A DNA stretch of 45,445 bases from Chlorokybus atmophyticus (taxonomy: Eukaryota; Plantae; Mesostigma and Chlorokybus algae), in NCBI GenBank assembly GCA_009103225.1, contig RHPI01000732.1, positions 1 through 45,445 on the forward strand, read 5' to 3'. The translations under genes were made by a program, and so were the position numbers. This document shows positions 41,285 through 45,445 of the stretch, piece by piece. Under the pieces are notes generated by a model, which had not been told where the DNA came from, searched no databases, and saw nothing but the letters and a program-made list of their open reading frames with translations. Numbering within the stretch: the first letter of the stretch is position 1; each line of letters begins with the position of its first letter.

Positions 41285-41797
41285 TGTCACAGCCCACTCG
41301 ACCATCAAGGACTTGGTGCTGTTATGGTCGATTTATGGCAATTTAATGTACCTTCCCGTTACATTCCCCCCCACTTAGCAACGCTGACGTCCTCGGCAGC
41401 TGGCTCCCATCAGCTGGGGAATTATCCCAGGGGTCTGATTAGGGTCGGTCACCGGCCCCACCACCCATGGATCGGCCAATTTAGGCCCATATCAGTCAAC
41501 GCGCGCATAACGAAACGCTGCCGGCCCCGCGAGTCGCATCGCGACAGGCAGGTCCTGCCGCGCCGATTGAACGCCGGCGCGACTACCATTAGGCAAGTCG
41601 CGACCCATCGATGATGGCACTTATGACCACTTACGATGTTACTGAATCGAGAAACAACGACCGCGGAATTCGTGTGCAAGGCAGGAATCGAACCCGGGTC
41701 TCAAGCTCCGATGACCAATGTCACAGCCCACTCGACCACAAAAGAGTTGGTGCTTTTATGGTCAATTTGTGGTAATTAAATGTACCTTTCCGTTACA
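41285..41797 (-). mobile_element. TRIM (513-bp non-autonomous LTR retrotransposon) inserted in an intron of the Harbinger Myb gene
   Basis: Two 79-bp LTRs (41285-41363 and 41719-41797; 69/79 identical) with TG...CA ends. 5-bp TSD ATGCG/ATGTG. On the minus strand, PBS-like TGGTCATCGGAGC (41717-41705) lies 1 nt after the 5' LTR and PPT AGTGGGGGGGAA (41375-41364) abuts the 3' LTR. Confidence 0.93.
41684..41738 (-). promoter_or_regulatory. tRNA-type (type 2) Pol III internal promoter spanning the LTR/PBS junction
   Basis: A-box TGGTCGAGTGG (41738-41728) and B-box GGTTCGATTCC (41694-41684) start 44 nt apart, as in tRNAs. A D-stem GTCG/TGAC is intact. Confidence 0.65.
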
Positions 41798-42626
41798 ATG
41801 TGTGTCTCTGGTAGGTGGCAGCAGATGCGTGCAGCGTACATGACGATGCGTGGCTACATATACGAGAGCGGCAAGGCAAGTTACTTTGAATGCACGCCAG
41901 AAATGAAGGAAGAAAATGGTTGGCAAAGGAGTTTGCTGATAAATGACATTGAGGTGAGCTTTGTTAGCTCTATTTAACAACTTGCAACGGTTGTTAAGTA
42001 TTAAGCAACTTGCTTTGTAGTTGTTTGAGGGCATAGTGACAGCTCTTGGCGATAGCCATGCTGCGGACCCAGCTGCACCGTGGGAATTAAGCTCGCTAGA
42101 GGAGAAGGGAGAGAGGTGCCGCTTGGCTCTGACCGGAAGAAGGGGAGGAAGAAGGGTACAGCAACCCCAAATGCTCGCATAGGCCTAGTGAGAGAGGATG
42201 CAGAGTTGGGTCGTTCATTGTTGGATGAGCTAACAGCTCAGGGCAGCAAGGCAACTTTGGCGCTGGTGGAACAAATGACGGCCGACCGCGAGGCCTTTGT
42301 GCTAGGGTTGGATAAGATCTCAAATGCAATTGCAGGGTTGAAGCCGTCTTGAGTAGTGTGACAGTTGGTGTTATGTTGGGTTGTGTTGAGATGGAGATGT
42401 GTTGTGTTGTGTTGTGTTGTGAATGAGGAGAATGTATTGAGTTGTGTGCAATGTAATGAAGAAGCTGTGCTATGTTGTGTTGCATCCATTATGTTAACCC
42501 TGATGCAATCAGGCTTGGTTGTGTTGCGAAGGGCAATGTTGACAACTGTGCGCCAGCTATAAAGCCTCACCCTCTAGCAAACATTTCAGCAAGCAAGTCG
42601 CGCACATAGTTGGGGTTATTGTTAGG

Positions 42627-44100
42627 TCACATGCTTTGGTTCTCCGGTTGTATATTGTCTTGATCTTCATGTTCAGGTTGTCGTGCTTGGGCAAGGATCT
42701 CAGGGTCCTCTTCCTTGCAGTCAAGAAGGAAGTTGTGCAATACCATTGCGGAAATGATGGTGCTACGCAGCAATTTCAAGGACACAGCTTGCGGTATCAT
42801 GAGGATACGCCATCTTGTCTTCAACACACCTGCTGAGGCATAACGGTGCGTACAAGTGCATACCTGCGCGCATGAGGCACACAGTTGCAATGGGCCTTTG
42901 CAATGTTGCAAAATAATGGTGCTTACCAAATATGTGCTCAATAATGATACGTGCACTTGAATGCTTGAAGTTGAAGTCCCGCTTGTATTTTGGCATACGT
43001 GACTCGTCGCGTGGTCCTGTATATGGTACGATCAAGTGCTGTGACGCTGGATAGCCCGCATCACCCAGCAAGTATGGGTGAATCTCGTCACCTACTTGTG
43101 ACAATATGCGCATGCATTATTATTCATTACACAAAATAGGTATGCACTATTAACACGCAGCAAGCAACATGGCACACACGCACCAACTGATAACAGGGTC
43201 GTAACAGGATTCCTGAGGATGTCTCCACCATCAATTCTGTTCCACAATGTAGATCGACAAAAGATTCGTGCATTGTGCACAGAACCAGGAAAGCCCAGTT
43301 GCAGGTTTTAGAACCGTGCATTTAAGTGACACACAGCCTCAGATACACATCTGTGTCAGCAGCAGAACACGAAACAACAAGCCCTTTCAAGTTACCTGTA
43401 TGACGGCACTGTAATGTCCTTTGCGGTTGTAGTACTCTGCACATTGCTGGTGGCGGGGTTTCCGTATTGGTATGTGGCTGCCATCGATGGCATCAACACA
43501 TCCCACCATGCCCTTCTTTAATTGGAATTGCGTCATGACGCTTTCTAACCTCTCACCAGTGGGCAATTGTATAAACTCTCTACCCATTGACTTCAAGTAT
43601 GAAAACATCTCATCAACAATGTCTGCCACGGTGGACACACCTACCGCATATGTCAACGACAAGGTATGGTAATCACTACCATGTGCTAACCGATGTAAAC
43701 ATATCATAATCCTCAACTCCAAAGGTACAGTTTGCCGGCAGCGGTGTTACACCGATGGATTGCTTCAGCAGCTCGCATAACTTGCTGAAGCATGCATGTG
43801 ACATACGCCAGTGGTGTCGCCAGAACTGATCTGGCCAATCCCCTGACATGAATGCACTGAACCATATCTGTGTGCGAACATACTTAGCAGGTCTGTTCGT
43901 AAACACACGCTGCCTAGCCCTGTCTAAGAGCAGCAACCGCATGCGCTTAGAGCGCAAGTACAACCAGATGTGTTGGCGTTGTGTGTGCAACAATTGTAGT
44001 CGCCGACGCTGTCGTTGTTGCCACTGCCGCGTGTAGTGCAGCAGCACCACCATTATGAGGCCCAGCAAGAAAACATGCTCTCTTTGACCCGCCCCACCTA
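42627..44100 (-). pseudogene. Harbinger DDE_Tnp_4-type nuclease, multi-exon
   Basis: WRHHWRMS...F..LCELL; ICLHRLAHG; GCVDAIDGSHIPI...YYNRKGHYS; GFPGSVHNARIF; YLLGDAGYP; IIIEHIFG|VLKTRWRIL...VLHNF. Frameshift near 43720 and TAA at ~43309. Confidence 0.9.
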
Positions 44101-44957
44101 CCTGCCACAAACATACACGGTTACACATGCTGACACGTATGCTAACTCACACAATTGCTGGCCATAAGAGCAGGAGTTGTGTGCTGCAAGATGACACTGC
44201 ACAGCATGTGCAACACTCAACACTGGCTGTATCACACACACCTTGGCCATGCATGCTTGCACATGCTTTTACTAGCAAATGCAGTGCAACAACACGCAGG
44301 TTGTGTGCAGTACGCGCAGCTCACAGCACTGGCTGTATCAAACACTCTTGAACCCAGACACGACCATTGATTCACAGCACATATATGCGTCAGTCCTCAC
44401 CTCTGGCATGTTCTTAAAGCTCCCTTGCAATCCGGAATTACTATCATTAGTTAGTTGTGATTCGAGGCAGAAAAAAGACGGCTTTTGTGTACGCTGGCGG
44501 GGCCTTTGCGTGCACAACCTTGGACAGCAGACAAGTTGATAGCCCTAGAGGACGGGCGCACTATGCTTAAGTGGCTCATGGATGGTACGCGCTACAACTA
44601 AAGCAACGAGGGTTGGGGCGAGACAGAAAGCTACTTTAGTGAAAAAGCTGCAGATGAAGGGGTGTGGAGGCACACATCAGAGTATTGCAAACGAAAGTAT
44701 GTCATTGCACCCAGCAACACACGCACATTTCCGCACTCTGCTGCATGTGTTCACACAACCATCTAACCCTAGGTGGGGGTCGTTGTGGTGGAGTTACAGA
44801 CAAGTTTTACTATATCGGTATATAAACAAGCACTAGACGCAACGCCCTACATGCAAATGTCTCCAGCACAACGCCGCAAACTTACAGGCAAATGCGTTCT
44901 TAGAAAGCGAAGAGTTAATGAGCAGCATGCGAGCAGCATGTAAGCAGCACACAGCGC

Positions 44958-45003
44958 CAGCCTTGGCTTGTCACAAGCCAAGGCTGTTAATACGGTATTA
45001 ACA
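44958..45003. repeat. Two overlapping palindromes with 1-nt spacers
   Basis: CAGCCTTGGCTTGT-C-ACAAGCCAAGGCTG (44958-44986) and TGTTAATAC-G-GTATTAACA (44985-45003). Confidence 0.93.
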
Positions 45004-45098
45004 ACCATTTACACGGATTAACAACCGTAGAGACATGTACATAACAACCCAACCATTAATTATCAATTGCCTTGGGTTGTGACTTTGATACCGTATTA
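44988..45098. mobile_element. Possible tiny MITE with 11-bp inverted ends
   Basis: TAATACGGTAT (44988-44998) and ATACCGTATTA (45088-45098), with three internal TAACAACC copies. Confidence 0.35.
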
Positions 45099-45445
45099 CA
45101 GGCCTAGATCACAATAATGTCCTTGATGTCCAATAAGTTTTGTGGTCATCACCTTAAGGTTGAAATGAAAAGTACTTTATATATACTTGTGTTTGTTGTA
45201 ATGTACGTGTACGTGTCTTTGCAGTATGCACTACTGATAAGCATCAACTACTATGCGTACAGATCGTATGTTATAGTTGCATAATTGGCATGCATATATT
45301 TAACATTTAGTCAGGTGAAATGTATTATAGTTTATACCACCATAAGTAAATGAGGTATGTGTGTATACATGTTTACCCGGCCCACCTCACCCCGCCCCTA
45401 CCAGTATTACAACACCCTTTATGGAAACACATAAGGGGGGGGGGG

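Larger units (their letters stand above)
40146..42352 (+). pseudogene. Harbinger-associated Myb/SANT (trihelix-like) DNA-binding protein, multi-exon
   Basis: Spliced motifs DWTVDDCLKLVQ, RWKKVVKCC...RNAEPCKSK, WQQMRAAY...SYFECTPEMKEENG. In-frame stops at 40410, 40979 and ~41165. Confidence 0.75.
39875..44130. mobile_element. PIF/Harbinger DNA transposon with convergent Myb/trihelix and DDE nuclease genes; right terminus not seen in the window
   Basis: Starts at TAA|GAGGTAGCACGGA, the boundary shared with the copy at 5301. Subterminal TTTTAG/CTAAAA repeats. The two-gene layout is typical of Harbinger. Confidence 0.88.

Noticed and set aside
41670-41750. A genuine tRNA gene on the minus strand
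   Set aside because: The A-box, D-arm and T-loop are present, but the acceptor stem and anticodon stem do not pair. The sequence spans an LTR boundary and the PBS of a TRIM.
44130-45445. Right TIR of the Harbinger element
   Set aside because: The expected CCGTGCTACCTC-TAA is not present. The end is lost or lies outside the window.

Overview
This is eukaryotic, intron-rich nuclear DNA with GT-AG introns full of CA/TG microsatellites. I infer a green alga or early-diverging streptophyte from SPPPP linkers, a protodermal-factor-1-like domain and a Chlamys-type retroelement. Host genes, all with signal-peptide-like N-termini: (i) an inverted, head-to-head pair of 5-exon paralogues (805-3043 minus; 8626-10621 plus) combining a bacterial-style PKD-like domain with a PDF1-like C-terminus; (ii) a small 2-exon gene needing one extra base to be in frame (20585-21242); (iii) a 26-exon, ~1461-aa protein (31537-38780 minus): subtilase, TSP3-like Cys module, Pro linker, Kelch propeller, LamG. 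Most of the rest is decayed transposons: a TIR-complete pogo-like DD35D element (16036-19810) and a related relic (3775-5216), a PIF/Harbinger element with Myb/trihelix and DDE genes (39875 onward) plus a 5' fragment (5301-6070), an RLE-type non-LTR fragment (12090-13228), and a Penelope-like element with N-terminal GIY-YIG (27773-30660). The most unusual item is a 513-bp TRIM (41285-41797) in a Harbinger intron. Its tRNA-like Pol III promoter is split: the A-box lies in the LTR and the B-box lies past the PBS, so it is complete only at the 5' LTR junction. All gene models and family assignments were made by eye, without database searches.
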